This document shows positions 27,541 to 37,368 of a stretch of DNA of 64,000 bases, one piece after another. This DNA is from Bacteroidales bacterium (GTDB lineage: Bacteria; Bacteroidota; Bacteroidia; Bacteroidales; 4484-276). Within the stretch, counting starts at the first letter, position 1; the number at the start of each line of letters is the position of its first letter. Below the pieces are notes generated by a model that did not search any database, was not told the DNA's origin, and worked only from the letters and a program-made list of their open reading frames with translations. Made by a program: the position numbers and the translations under genes. The stretch covers positions 3,075-67,074 of the forward strand of contig DAIRGA010000029.1 of assembly GCA_036794825.1 (NCBI GenBank). Reading direction: 5' to 3'.

Positions 27541-27567
27541 AACAAAAACCCCCGCTTTTGGCGGGGG
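27541..27567 (-). terminator. rho-independent terminator after the OsmC-like gene
   Basis: A GC stem (cccccgc 27549-27555 with gcggggg 27561-27567) is followed on the minus strand by a U-run (aacaaaaa 27541-27548 on plus). Confidence 0.65.
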
Positions 27568-27574
27568 CTACAAA

Positions 27575-27973
27575 TCAATCAGCAGTGTATGTATTAACTT
27601 CAATTGCAGGGGGATTCTTCAGGTGCTCTTTCACCGCACAAAGATTTGCCGTATTAATTAACGCGGATTTATACTTTTCGGGGAACGAAGCAGGAAGGTG
27701 CACCTGTAGTTCGATATGGTCAATCAGGCGGGTTTTATAGTTGTAGTTCATTTTCTGTGTGATCGAAATTTCATCCGTTGGAATGCCACGCTGGTCGCAG
27801 AACGATTTTATGTAAATTCCGGCACAGGTGCCGATTGAGGCAAGAAAGAGGGTAAAAGGAGCCGGAGCACTGCCATCGCCGCCTGCCTGCAAAGGTTGAT
27901 CTGTGGGGATGATCTGTCCATTGATTTCGGCGTTGACTTTCTTTTTCCCTTCAAAAAAAATCTTCATTTCCAT
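27575..27973 (-). CDS. OsmC family protein
   Basis: Size and motifs fit (PFTLFLASIGTCAGIYIKSFC ... ALINTANLCAVKEHL). ATG 27973 (MEMKIFFEG) is preferred over TTG 28006. Confidence 0.75.
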   Translation of the reverse strand: MEMKIFFEGKKKVNAEINGQIIPTDQPLQAGGDGSAPAPFTLFLASIGTCAGIYIKSFCDQRGIPTDEISITQKMNYNYKTRLIDHIELQVHLPASFPEKYKSALINTANLCAVKEHLKNPPAIEVNTYTAD

Positions 27974-28093
27974 GTCCAATAATTTTAATTGCTTTTTGAA
28001 CGGCAAAATTACTTCTTCATTACCCGACAGCGACCAACTGTAAGATAATGTTTAGGCTTGTCCTGCAAGGGTTTTTGAGGAATGAGGGGTTTG

Positions 28094-29878
28094 TTATTCA
28101 ACGCCAAACAGCAACAATCTATCCCGTACGGCTGCCTTTGCTGTCCATTGTTCAGGAATCACTTTCCAATTATTGTTTGCTAAAGGAGTCATGGTTTTCT
28201 TATCCTTCAGCCAGTCAATTATCAGCCAGCGGATATCTTTCTCCGACTCGTACGTAATACGGTTTTTCAATTCAGCCTGAGGTATTCCTGAACCGATTGT
28301 AAGGTGCCCGCCTCCGCCATTGCCCCGGTAGGAGTTGATAGCAACAGAATAAGTCTCATTCAGGAGAAATGGATTTCCATTGACAAATTGCGAAATATTG
28401 ATTCTAAGCCCGGCAGGCCGGGATACATCTACGGTGTAAATTAAACCTTCCGCCGAATCGAGATTCCAGAAAGGGTTGGCCAATGAGGCTCTGCTGTTGG
28501 AACCCAATGCGATATTTCCTTCAGCATCTTTTCTGAAAAGCAGCATATTATCGGATTCGCTGCTCATTTGATTGAACCACAGTCCGGCCGAATATTCAAG
28601 AAAATCTCTGATCTCCTGACCTGTAAGCGTCATGGTGTAAAGCTTGTTTTCGTAACGCTGAAATTTGAACATGTCTCTTACCATCAGTATGCCTTCGTCA
28701 ATTTCAAGCTCGAATGACTGTGATGAGGTAAAAGAGACATCTGCACCGGTGATATCGAGCTGAACCTGATGAACAATGTCGGTAAATGCTGCATCCCCAA
28801 ATAAAACCGGATAAGTTGACAAATATGAGGTGACTCCGGCCACTGGCTCAACCACCCACACTTTAGCCCTTTGCAGGTAAAGATCGAATTTGGCCATGAA
28901 TTCCCCATCTGCCTTCTGTTCACTTATTTCTAACAATTCACCGGAGATTTCCTTCGCGTAAATGTTACCCTGAGTCAGATTCATTTGTATGGTGGCCACT
29001 GCGACCTGCCTGGCATTATTTCTTGATCCGAGTATCAGTACCTCGTCGCCATTGGTATTAGTGACCGTCTTGTGATTGCTTTTGTGGTCGTGGCCGACAA
29101 AGACCACATCAAATCCAGGAACCTGCTCTGCAATCAGCTGAGAAGCATTTTCGTTGAATGGGGTATCTGCGTCTTGACCAGAATAGGTGTAATCAACACC
29201 AGCATGAAATAAGCCGATTACCAGATCAGGTTTTTCTTTATCTTGGATGATGGCTACCCATTTTTTGGCGCTTTCGATCATGTCCTGAAACTCAATACCT
29301 TGCCAGGTATTTTCAGGCAGCCACTTTGGAATAGCGGGTGTAATAAGGCCAAGCACGGCAATTTTGACCCCCTGCCGTTTAATTATCTTATAAGGCTCAA
29401 AGAAAGGTTCTCCCGAGTTTTTTTCAACAGCGTTTGCTGCCAGCCAGGGGAACGAAAACTCTTTCCTGATTCTGTGGTAAACATCCGGTCCTGGCTCAAT
29501 ATCATGGTTTCCCACTGTGGCTGCATCGTATTGCATTTCGTTCATTACCCTGGAGACGATATGTGGTTCATCGGTTTTTATGAAGTTGTAAAAGTAGATT
29601 AATGGATCGCCCTGAAGTATATCTCCATTGTCAAGCAAAATGACTTCCTGACCGGGAATACTTCTTTCCTTTTTCACAAAACCCGCAATGTGGGCAAGCG
29701 AGAAATCCAACGCCTCATCATTGATTAGATCATGGGGAAAGATAGCTCCATGAATATCAGTAGTTTCGATGATTTTTATGGTGATGTTATCCGGCCGGCG
29801 GGAATTTTGGCAGGATATAATTATGATAAATCCCACAGCCGCAAGCATTAAAAAAAGTGGTCTGGAAGTGATCGTCAT
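28094..29878 (-). CDS. bifunctional metallophosphatase / 5'-nucleotidase (UshA-like), secreted
   Basis: Signal/lipobox region (IIISCQN), calcineurin-like motifs TDIHG, DNGDILQGD, GNHDIE, GLFHAG, GHDH, then a C-terminal 5'-nucleotidase domain. Confidence 0.85.
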   Translation of the reverse strand: MTITSRPLFLMLAAVGFIIIISCQNSRRPDNITIKIIETTDIHGAIFPHDLINDEALDFSLAHIAGFVKKERSIPGQEVILLDNGDILQGDPLIYFYNFIKTDEPHIVSRVMNEMQYDAATVGNHDIEPGPDVYHRIRKEFSFPWLAANAVEKNSGEPFFEPYKIIKRQGVKIAVLGLITPAIPKWLPENTWQGIEFQDMIESAKKWVAIIQDKEKPDLVIGLFHAGVDYTYSGQDADTPFNENASQLIAEQVPGFDVVFVGHDHKSNHKTVTNTNGDEVLILGSRNNARQVAVATIQMNLTQGNIYAKEISGELLEISEQKADGEFMAKFDLYLQRAKVWVVEPVAGVTSYLSTYPVLFGDAAFTDIVHQVQLDITGADVSFTSSQSFELEIDEGILMVRDMFKFQRYENKLYTMTLTGQEIRDFLEYSAGLWFNQMSSESDNMLLFRKDAEGNIALGSNSRASLANPFWNLDSAEGLIYTVDVSRPAGLRINISQFVNGNPFLLNETYSVAINSYRGNGGGGHLTIGSGIPQAELKNRITYESEKDIRWLIIDWLKDKKTMTPLANNNWKVIPEQWTAKAAVRDRLLLFGVE

Positions 29879-29991
29879 TTTGAGTAAGATTAAAAATTGA
29901 CAATATTAGTCTTTTCCGGTAAACAAAAACCAATGCTTCAGGTTTGATAACGACATTGATTTCAACTAAGAATCAGCAACTTTCAACTTTT

Positions 29992-31353
29992 ATGTCCACG
30001 CGCCTCGATTTTGTAACTACGCCGGTTCCGCGTCTGATCCGAAAACTGGCGCTTCCCACCAGCATTGGTTTCTTTTTTAATACCATGTTCAACGTTGTGG
30101 ATACCTGGTTTGCCGGAATGATTTCCACAACAGCGCAGGCCGGGATGGCATTATCATTTCCGGTATTTTTCGTAATTCTTGCAATGGGTATGGGCATTGG
30201 AACCGGAACTACAGCGCTGATTGCCAATGCGCTCGGAAAGCGTGATGAAGAGTCTGCCAAACTCTATGCCCGGCAGGCGCTCACTTTTGGTTTTATCCTG
30301 TCGGTTCTTCTGTCGTTAGCCGGGTACCTGTTGGTTCCATATCTTTTCCGGTTTATGAATGCTGAAGGTGAATACCTTCGCCTGGCACTCGATTACATGA
30401 ATGTGATTCTTCTTTCGTCGGTTGCATTTTTGATGAATGGCATCCTTAACGGTATTCTCTCCTCGCGAGGTGATGCTGTTTCGTTCAGAAATATGCTGAT
30501 TGCCGGAGCCATTCTCAATGTTTTTTTCGACCCTGTGCTGATGTATGGCTGGTTCGGTTTTCCTGAGATGGGAATAGCCGGTATTGCCCTATCCACGGTG
30601 ATTATACAGTTTGGAGGAACGCTTTACCTCGGATACAGGGTTAGACGAACCGAGCTTTTTGCAATGATCGAATGGAGGCTTTTCCTACCTATTAAAAGTT
30701 ACCTGAATGAGATCGCCAGTCAGGGTTTCCCGGCGAGTTTCAATATGTTTACCATTGCAATCGGAATATTTATTATCACCTGGTTTATCAGCATTTTTGG
30801 GGAAGATGGAGTGGCTGCATACGGTATTGCCACACGGATTGAGCAAATCGCCCTGCTGCCTACCATAGGATTTAATGTTGCTGCACTGACCATTGCCGGC
30901 AATAATTTCGGCGCCGGAAAGATAGACCGGGTAACCGAAGCCTACAGGAAAAATCTACATTACGGCTTCATTATCATGACAATCGGTATGGTATGGATTT
31001 TTCTTTTTCCAAATTTCCTTATGAAACTCTTTACCAGCGACCCTGAAGTGATTTCCATCGGCGCTGAATACCTGCGGATCGCAACGCTTGTGTTCAACGC
31101 TTATCTGCTCCTGAATGTTTCTGTTGCCATAATGCAAGGAATTAAAAAACCAATGTTTGCGGTCTGGATTGGCATTTACCGGCAGGTTATCATGCCCTTG
31201 TCGCTGCTTGGGATGCTGGTACATTTGATGGGTTTCGGTCTGCCAGCCATCTGGTGGGGAGTGGTGATCATCAATTGGTCGGCAGCATTGATTGCAGTGT
31301 GGTTTACAATGAAAAAACTCAGAAAGATTAAGGGGAATGGGGAAGTGGGGTAG
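29992..31353 (+). CDS. MATE family efflux transporter
   Basis: Twelve predicted TM helices and a typical MATE N-terminus (LALPTSIGFFFNTMFNVVDTWFAG). ATG 29992 is preferred over TTG 29944. Confidence 0.85.
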   Translation: MSTRLDFVTTPVPRLIRKLALPTSIGFFFNTMFNVVDTWFAGMISTTAQAGMALSFPVFFVILAMGMGIGTGTTALIANALGKRDEESAKLYARQALTFGFILSVLLSLAGYLLVPYLFRFMNAEGEYLRLALDYMNVILLSSVAFLMNGILNGILSSRGDAVSFRNMLIAGAILNVFFDPVLMYGWFGFPEMGIAGIALSTVIIQFGGTLYLGYRVRRTELFAMIEWRLFLPIKSYLNEIASQGFPASFNMFTIAIGIFIITWFISIFGEDGVAAYGIATRIEQIALLPTIGFNVAALTIAGNNFGAGKIDRVTEAYRKNLHYGFIIMTIGMVWIFLFPNFLMKLFTSDPEVISIGAEYLRIATLVFNAYLLLNVSVAIMQGIKKPMFAVWIGIYRQVIMPLSLLGMLVHLMGFGLPAIWWGVVIINWSAALIAVWFTMKKLRKIKGNGEVG

Positions 31354-31390
31354 AGATGAAATGGGGTATTGGGATAATGGGGTGATGGGG
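31332..31390 (+). repeat. G-tract array (six GGGG runs and one GGG) built from degenerate NNATGGGG octamers
   Basis: GGGG at 31332, 31339, 31347, 31363, 31379 and 31387, and GGG at 31371. The array straddles the MATE stop codon (31351-31353). Confidence 0.8.
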
Positions 31391-31615
31391 ATGCAGATAC
31401 CCTGTGGCTGAGACTTCGGCGTAAGCGCTCAGTCGAACGCTTGTCGAATCCATGTTGACTGCGGACTGCCGACTTTTTTCTTAAAATCAATCCTCAAGAG
31501 GGCATTTTCAATTGGGACAAATGGCATCAATATTTAATTCTTGTGAACAACACGGTGAGAGCTACGTTAATAGCGGCAACAAAAAAATATTGCCAACATT
31601 TTTCCAAACATTTAA

Positions 31616-32275
31616 TTGGTGAATAAAAAAGAACAAATTATCAAAGTACATCATACCAGGCAGTTAACCGATTCAACCTATGTATTGAGATTCGACCGGA
31701 ACGGTATTGAGTTTACTGCCGGCCAGCACGTAATCCTTGGAATTAAAGACCAGAGCAACGCTCGCGAGTACTCTGTTTACAGTGGCGAAAAAGACGCTTT
31801 TTTTGAGGTGCTGATTAAAGAGGTTCTGGAAGGCGATGTGTCGAAAAAACTAAAAAAACTCACGCAAGGCACACAATTGCAGATGGATGGTCCGTTGGGC
31901 TTTTTCAACCTGAATCCTTTACAAATCCCAACTTCGAAATACATCCTGATTGCCACCGGCACCGGAATAGCCCCGTTCAGAAGTTTTGTGAGGTCATACC
32001 CAGGGCTCAATTACACCATCCTTCATGGTGTGCGTTATGGTAATGAAGCTTACGACCGCCATGAATACGACACTTCGAGATATATTCTTTGCACCACCGG
32101 TGATAAGTCAGGGCATTACCACGGAAGAGTGACAGAATACCTCAGGCTGGTCTCCATTGATCCTGAAGCCGAATATTACCTCTGCGGTAATGTAAAAATG
32201 ATTCACGAGGCTTTTGACATTCTTGCCGAAAAAGGAGTGAAATCGGATCATTTGCACTCAGAGGTCTATTTCTAA
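31616..32275 (+). CDS. ferredoxin-NADP reductase-like FAD/NAD(P)-binding oxidoreductase
   Basis: REYSVYS (RxYS FAD site), GTGIAPFRSF (NAD(P) loop), YLCGN. The start is uncertain: TTG 31616 or GTG 31619. Confidence 0.75.
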   Translation: MVNKKEQIIKVHHTRQLTDSTYVLRFDRNGIEFTAGQHVILGIKDQSNAREYSVYSGEKDAFFEVLIKEVLEGDVSKKLKKLTQGTQLQMDGPLGFFNLNPLQIPTSKYILIATGTGIAPFRSFVRSYPGLNYTILHGVRYGNEAYDRHEYDTSRYILCTTGDKSGHYHGRVTEYLRLVSIDPEAEYYLCGNVKMIHEAFDILAEKGVKSDHLHSEVYF

Positions 32276-32379
32276 CCGCCGCCAGTTATTTGTTCTGGTT
32301 CCTTGTTTGTCAAAATGTCAGCACACCACCGCATGGCATATGCTTTGATTTTCCCTGCGAAACTTTAAAAATAACCAAT

Positions 32380-34284
32380 ATGCAGACTGGAAAAATCAAC
32401 GTACAGACCGAAAACATTTTCCCGATTATTAAGAAATTCCTCTATTCGGATCATGAAATTTTTCTTCGGGAATTGATATCCAACGCAGTAGATGCTACCC
32501 AAAAACTCAAAACCTTAGCCAGCACCGGCCATTTCAAGGATGAACTGGGCGACCTGACCATCCAGGTAATTGCTGACAAAAAGCGGGGAACCATCACCAT
32601 CAAAGACCGTGGTATTGGTATGACCGCCGAGGAGGTTAATAAATACATCAACCAGATTGCTTTCTCGAGCGCCGAAGAGTTTGTGAAGAAATTCAAAACC
32701 AAAACCGAAGCCGAACAGAATGCCATCATTGGCCACTTTGGTCTGGGATTTTATTCCTCTTTCATGGTTTCGGATAAAGTGGAACTCGTGACCAAGACCT
32801 ACAAAAAAGGAGGTTCCACAAAAGCTGTAAAATGGAGTTGCGACGGAAGTCCGGATTACACGATCGAAGATGCCGATAAAACAGATCGCGGCACCGAGGT
32901 AACTTTGTACATTTCAAAGGAGGAAAAAGAGTTCCTCGAAGACCATAAAATCCGTGAGTTATTGAAGAAATACTGCAGTTTTCTGCCGGTTCCCATACAG
33001 TTTGGAACGAAAAAGGAGAGTGTTAAAGTGGAAGGAGAAAAGGACAAGGACGGCAATGATAAATATATTGACGCCGAAAAGCCCAACATCATCAACAACA
33101 CTGATCCTCTGTGGAAAAAAGCCCCTGTTGATCTAAAGGATGAAGATTACAATGCTTTTTACCGCGAGCTGTATCCGATGAATTTCGAGGAACCGCTTTT
33201 CCACATTCACCTCAATGTGGATTATCCCTTCAACCTGACCGGTATCCTATATTTCCCCAAAGTGAAGCGCAATTTCGAAGTGCAGCGCGATAAAATTCAA
33301 TTGTATGTAAACCAGGTGTTTGTAACAGATTCAGTAGAAGGCATCGTGCCGGATTTTCTGACTTTACTTCATGGCGTCCTCGACTCACCGGATATCCCGC
33401 TCAACGTTTCGAGAAGCTATCTGCAGAGCGATCGCCGGGTGAAGCAGATTTCCAACCACATCATGAAAAAGGTGGCAGATAAGCTGGAAGATATTTTCAA
33501 AAACCAGCGTGAGGAGTTCGAGAAGAAGTGGGACGATATCAAGGTTTTTATCGAGTATGGAATGATTTCGGAAGAGAAATTCTACGAGCGCGCCCACAAG
33601 TTCTGTCTTTTTAAAAATATTGAAGGTAAATATTTCACCTTTGATGGTTACAAGGATAAGATCAAGGAGCAGCAAACCGACAAGGACAAGAAACTGGTTT
33701 ACCTTTATGCCACCAATAAAGAGGAGCAGCACAGCTACATCGAGGCTGCCACGGCACGCGGATACGACGTACTACTGATGGACGGAGTGCTGGACAATCA
33801 CTTCATCAACACCATCGAGCATAAGCTGGAAAACTCCTCATTCGTGCGTGTGGATGCTGACACCATTGATAAGCTGATCAAAAAGTTGGACGACGACAGC
33901 CTTTCGAAAATTGATGACAAGCAAAAGGAATCCTTAAAGCCTGTTTTTGAAAGCGTTGTGGATAAATCGAAATTCACCATTGTTTTCGACAGTCTGAGTG
34001 AAACCGACCTCCCGGTGATGATCACTCAACCAGAGTTCCTGCGCCGGATGAAGGATATGTCAGCGCTTGGTGGAGGTTACAGCGGTCTTGGAGGATTCCC
34101 TGACATGTACAACCTGGTGGTAAACTGCAACCACAACCTGGTTTACAAGATGGCCAATGACGACAATGCCGAAAATCGTGAGAAACTGGCAAAACAGCTT
34201 ACCGATCTTGCCCTTCTGTCTCAAAACCTGCTAAAGGGAGAAGATCTGACCAGATTCATCAAACGAAGTGTTGATATATTATAA
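32380..34284 (+). CDS. htpG: molecular chaperone HtpG (Hsp90)
   Basis: FPIIKKFLYSDHEIFLRELISNAVDA, IGHFGLGFYSSFMV, LNVSRSYLQ. ATG 32380 (MQTGKINVQ) is preferred over the 30-codon upstream extension. Confidence 0.95.
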   Translation: MQTGKINVQTENIFPIIKKFLYSDHEIFLRELISNAVDATQKLKTLASTGHFKDELGDLTIQVIADKKRGTITIKDRGIGMTAEEVNKYINQIAFSSAEEFVKKFKTKTEAEQNAIIGHFGLGFYSSFMVSDKVELVTKTYKKGGSTKAVKWSCDGSPDYTIEDADKTDRGTEVTLYISKEEKEFLEDHKIRELLKKYCSFLPVPIQFGTKKESVKVEGEKDKDGNDKYIDAEKPNIINNTDPLWKKAPVDLKDEDYNAFYRELYPMNFEEPLFHIHLNVDYPFNLTGILYFPKVKRNFEVQRDKIQLYVNQVFVTDSVEGIVPDFLTLLHGVLDSPDIPLNVSRSYLQSDRRVKQISNHIMKKVADKLEDIFKNQREEFEKKWDDIKVFIEYGMISEEKFYERAHKFCLFKNIEGKYFTFDGYKDKIKEQQTDKDKKLVYLYATNKEEQHSYIEAATARGYDVLLMDGVLDNHFINTIEHKLENSSFVRVDADTIDKLIKKLDDDSLSKIDDKQKESLKPVFESVVDKSKFTIVFDSLSETDLPVMITQPEFLRRMKDMSALGGGYSGLGGFPDMYNLVVNCNHNLVYKMANDDNAENREKLAKQLTDLALLSQNLLKGEDLTRFIKRSVDIL

Positions 34285-34364
34285 ACATCCCAAATAAATT
34301 CACTTCCTGCGGCGTTGATTGCTTTTGCAATTAATGCCGCTAATATTAAAACAAAAAGTTCACT

Positions 34365-34961
34365 ATGAAAAACATCAAATTGTACGTGATCCTAGCCGTA
34401 ATTGCCCTGGTAGTGATCGTTTTTGTGTCGGGCATCAAATCAACTTACAACACCATCATCCAGTACGACGAGCAGGTAAATCTTTCCTGGTCGCAGGTTG
34501 TAACCGATTATCAGCGCCGTATGGATCTGATTCCTAATCTTGTAAACACTGTAAAGGGTTATGCCGAATTTGAGCAGGAGACCCTGATGGGAGTGATCGA
34601 AGCACGTTCCAAAGCCACCAAAGTTGAATTGAATGTTGACAAACTGGATGAGGCCTCATTGCGCCAGATTGAGCAGTCGCAGCAGGCCCTGAGCTCCGCA
34701 CTGAGCCGCCTTCTGGTTACCGTGGAGCGTTATCCCGATCTGAAGGCAAACACCAACTTTCGCGACCTACAGGCGCAGCTCGAAGGCACCGAGAACCGGA
34801 TTGCCAACGCACGCCGAAAGTTCAACGAGTCAACACAGACTTACAACTCTTTCATTCGTATGTTTCCTAAAAACCTCTACGCAAGTATTTTTGGCTTTGA
34901 GAAGAAACCCTACTTTGAGGCCGCAGCTGGTGCCGAAAAGGCTCCCGAGGTGCAGTTTTAA
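34365..34961 (+). CDS. lemA: LemA family protein
   Basis: An N-terminal TM helix, then the typical LemA sequence (YNTIIQYDEQVNLSWSQVVTDYQRRMDLIPNLV, ERYPDLKAN, NSFIRMFP). Confidence 0.9.
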   Translation: MKNIKLYVILAVIALVVIVFVSGIKSTYNTIIQYDEQVNLSWSQVVTDYQRRMDLIPNLVNTVKGYAEFEQETLMGVIEARSKATKVELNVDKLDEASLRQIEQSQQALSSALSRLLVTVERYPDLKANTNFRDLQAQLEGTENRIANARRKFNESTQTYNSFIRMFPKNLYASIFGFEKKPYFEAAAGAEKAPEVQF

Positions 34962-34987
34962 TCCATCCACAATCAAAATCTTGTTTG

Positions 34988-35440
34988 ATGAAAACTACTG
35001 CTAAACCAGGTAAATTGTTTTCTGACTCTGACGAAATCTCTGTTAAACAGGCTATTATAAATGCAGAGTTGAACACCTCCGGCGAAATCAGGGTGCATAT
35101 TGAAGACAAATGTGCAACCGATGTACTCGACAGGGCAGCTTATGTGTTTGAGAAGCTTGGTATGCACAAAACAAACCAGCGAAATGGAGTGCTGTTTTAT
35201 CTTGCTGCAAAAGACCAAAAGTTTGCCGTGATCGGCGATGCTGGTATCAATGCAGTGATTCCTCCATCGTTTTGGGAAGATCTTAAAAGTGAAATGATCG
35301 GATTTTTTCGCAAGGATCAGATTGCTGACGGATTGATCTTTGGCATTCAAAAGACGGGCGAGCATCTGAAGAAGCACTTTCCTTACAAGTTGGATGATAA
35401 AAATGAGCTTTCTGATGACCTATCTTTCGGCAAAGTCTGA
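34988..35440 (+). CDS. TPM (TLP18.3/Psb32/MOLO-1) domain protein
   Basis: ISVKQAIINAELNTSGEIRVHIE ... NGVLFYLAAKDQKFAVIGDAGI. Its position after lemA is the conserved lemA-TPM arrangement. Confidence 0.8.
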   Translation: MKTTAKPGKLFSDSDEISVKQAIINAELNTSGEIRVHIEDKCATDVLDRAAYVFEKLGMHKTNQRNGVLFYLAAKDQKFAVIGDAGINAVIPPSFWEDLKSEMIGFFRKDQIADGLIFGIQKTGEHLKKHFPYKLDDKNELSDDLSFGKV

Positions 35441-35463
35441 TTAAACCCTCAAAAACAAACGCA

Positions 35464-36288
35464 ATGAAAAAAACAAACCTGCTTTTGGTTACCATAATTA
35501 TCCTGATGACCTTCGTGGCAGTGGCGCAACATGCCGACATTCCGGAACCACCAAATCCTCCCCGGCTGGTCAATGACTTTACAGGAGTGCTCAGCCAGTC
35601 TGAAGCAAGTAACCTGGAACGGAAGTTGGTGGCTTTCAATGATACTACTTCTACCCAGATTGCCATTGTCATGGTTAATGACCTAGCCGGTTACGACAAG
35701 GCTCAATACGCTGATCTTCTGGGCGAAAAATGGGGATTAGGCCACAAAGGGAAAAACAACGGTCTGGTGATTCTGGTCAAACCTAAGATCGGTAACTCGA
35801 AGGGGGAAGCTTTTATTGCAACTGGTTACGGGCTGGAAGGTCCTCTGCCCGATGCGGTGATTAAGCGACTGGTTGAGGATGAAATGATTCCAAGCTTTCG
35901 CGAAAACCGATACTACGAAGGCCTTGACCGGGTTACAGATGTCATTATGCAGTTAACTTCAGGAGAGTTTACTGCCGATGAATATTTGAGCGGACCACCA
36001 CCTGCAGCGTTGATCGGCGCCCTCCTGCCTCTGATTTTTATTGTGATTTTCATCATCGTAGCAGGTTCGCGGAGTAAAAATATGAAACATTACCAAGGCC
36101 ATCGGAGCGATATCCCTCTTTGGACCACCTTATTTCTGGCCAGTCAGATGGGCAAACAAAGGGGTTCATGGGGCTCATTTTCTTCAGGTAGCGGATCCTT
36201 CGGTGGATTTGGAGGAGGCGGTGGCGGAGGTTTTGGCGGCTTCGGCGGTGGTAGCTTTGGTGGCGGAGGAGCCGGAGGAAGCTGGTAG
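35464..36288 (+). CDS. TPM domain protein (YgcG-like) with a TM helix and Gly-rich tail
   Basis: A signal peptide, a TPM domain (VNDFTGVLSQSEASNLERKL..., TSTQIAIVMV, NNGLVILV), a TM helix, then a GGFGGGGGGGFGGFGGGSFGGGGAGG tail. Confidence 0.85.
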   Translation: MKKTNLLLVTIIILMTFVAVAQHADIPEPPNPPRLVNDFTGVLSQSEASNLERKLVAFNDTTSTQIAIVMVNDLAGYDKAQYADLLGEKWGLGHKGKNNGLVILVKPKIGNSKGEAFIATGYGLEGPLPDAVIKRLVEDEMIPSFRENRYYEGLDRVTDVIMQLTSGEFTADEYLSGPPPAALIGALLPLIFIVIFIIVAGSRSKNMKHYQGHRSDIPLWTTLFLASQMGKQRGSWGSFSSGSGSFGGFGGGGGGGFGGFGGGSFGGGGAGGSW

Positions 36289-36368
36289 TTGAAGTATCTC
36301 CCCGCTTCTTGGTTTGTTAATGTTTGGTTAAAATCATGATTTACTGACTTATTCTATTCTGATTGCAG

Positions 36369-36376
36369 TAATTTTG
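36369..36376 (+). promoter_or_regulatory. -7 promoter box TAATTTTG
   Basis: TAnnTTTG match 29 nt upstream of ATG 36406. Confidence 0.45.
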
Positions 36377-36405
36377 TCCCACTTTAACCTAAAAACATAC
36401 AAACT

Positions 36406-37236
36406 ATGCAATTAAAATCAGGATCAACAGGCGAAGATGTAAAAAAGCTCCAGGCAAAGCTGGGTATTCCAGCCAGTGGCATTTTTGATCTCAACACCGA
36501 AAACAAGGTGAAACAATGGCAGATGAACAACAGACTGCCAGCTACGGGTATTATAGATCAGGCCACCTGGAACAGGATATTTGGCCTGGCTGTCAATGTT
36601 TCACCGGCAGCGCCGCCACCGCACCAGGCAGCCTCTTCTTTCAAACTCGACAAATTGAAGGGGAAAATACCAGATGCAGTAATCAGTCAGATTCCCGATA
36701 CAGCAGCGAAATTCGAGATAATAACACCCCTAAGGCTGGCGCATTTTCTTGCTCAATGTGGCCACGAAAGCGGCGGGTTCAAATTGGTTTATGAGAATCT
36801 TAACTATTCGGTGGAGGGTCTGCTAAAGATTTTTGGTAAGTATTTCACCAGGGAACAAGCTGAACAATACGCCCGCAAACCCGAAAAAATAGGCGCCCGC
36901 GTATATGCCGGAAGGATGGGAAATGGCGACGAAGCCAGCGGCGAAGGCTATCGCTACAGAGGCCGGGGTTATATTCAACTCACCGGAAAAGACAACTATC
37001 GTGCATTCACCAGATTTATCGGCGAAGACACGGTGGCCAATCCCGACCTTGTGGCCACCAAATACCCTATGGCATCGGCAGGTTTCTATTTTCAGACCCG
37101 CAAAATCTGGACTACCTGTGACAAAGGCGCCACCGACCAAATTGTGAAAGAGGTTACCCGGTTGGTAAATGGCGGCGAAATCGGCTTGCCTGACCGTATC
37201 AAACACTTTCAGGAGTATTACAATTTGCTGAAATAA
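36406..37236 (+). CDS. peptidoglycan-binding domain + glycoside hydrolase family 19 (lysozyme/endolysin-like) protein
   Basis: An N-terminal PG_binding_1-like repeat (GEDVKKLQAKLGIPASGIFDLNTENKVKQWQMNNRLPATGIIDQATW). The C-terminus is GH19-like (RLAHFLAQCGHESGGF, YRGRGYIQLTGKDNY). No signal peptide is evident. Confidence 0.75.
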   Translation: MQLKSGSTGEDVKKLQAKLGIPASGIFDLNTENKVKQWQMNNRLPATGIIDQATWNRIFGLAVNVSPAAPPPHQAASSFKLDKLKGKIPDAVISQIPDTAAKFEIITPLRLAHFLAQCGHESGGFKLVYENLNYSVEGLLKIFGKYFTREQAEQYARKPEKIGARVYAGRMGNGDEASGEGYRYRGRGYIQLTGKDNYRAFTRFIGEDTVANPDLVATKYPMASAGFYFQTRKIWTTCDKGATDQIVKEVTRLVNGGEIGLPDRIKHFQEYYNLLK

Positions 37237-37330
37237 AAAGCGGTGGTTCAAATCCCTTAATTCATGAATGGGCGGGGTTGTTCGTAAAAAAGTATTGGTG
37301 TCAATTGTTACTATTTTGTGACCCTTTTAA

Positions 37331-37368
37331 AAGAAAAAGCCCTGTAATCTACTGATTACAAGGCTTTT
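37331..37368. terminator. bidirectional hairpin terminator between the GH19 gene and tRNA-Leu
   Basis: An 11-bp stem (gccctgtaatc 37339-37349 with gattacaaggc 37354-37364) has one C.A mismatch on plus, which becomes G.U on minus. The loop is 4 nt, and A/T runs flank both sides. Confidence 0.65.

Noticed and set aside
31176-31490. 104-aa minus-strand ORF across the MATE 3' end and the G-tract
   Set aside because: It overlaps the well-supported MATE gene. Its P/S/H-rich product comes from reading the C-rich complement of the G-tract array.
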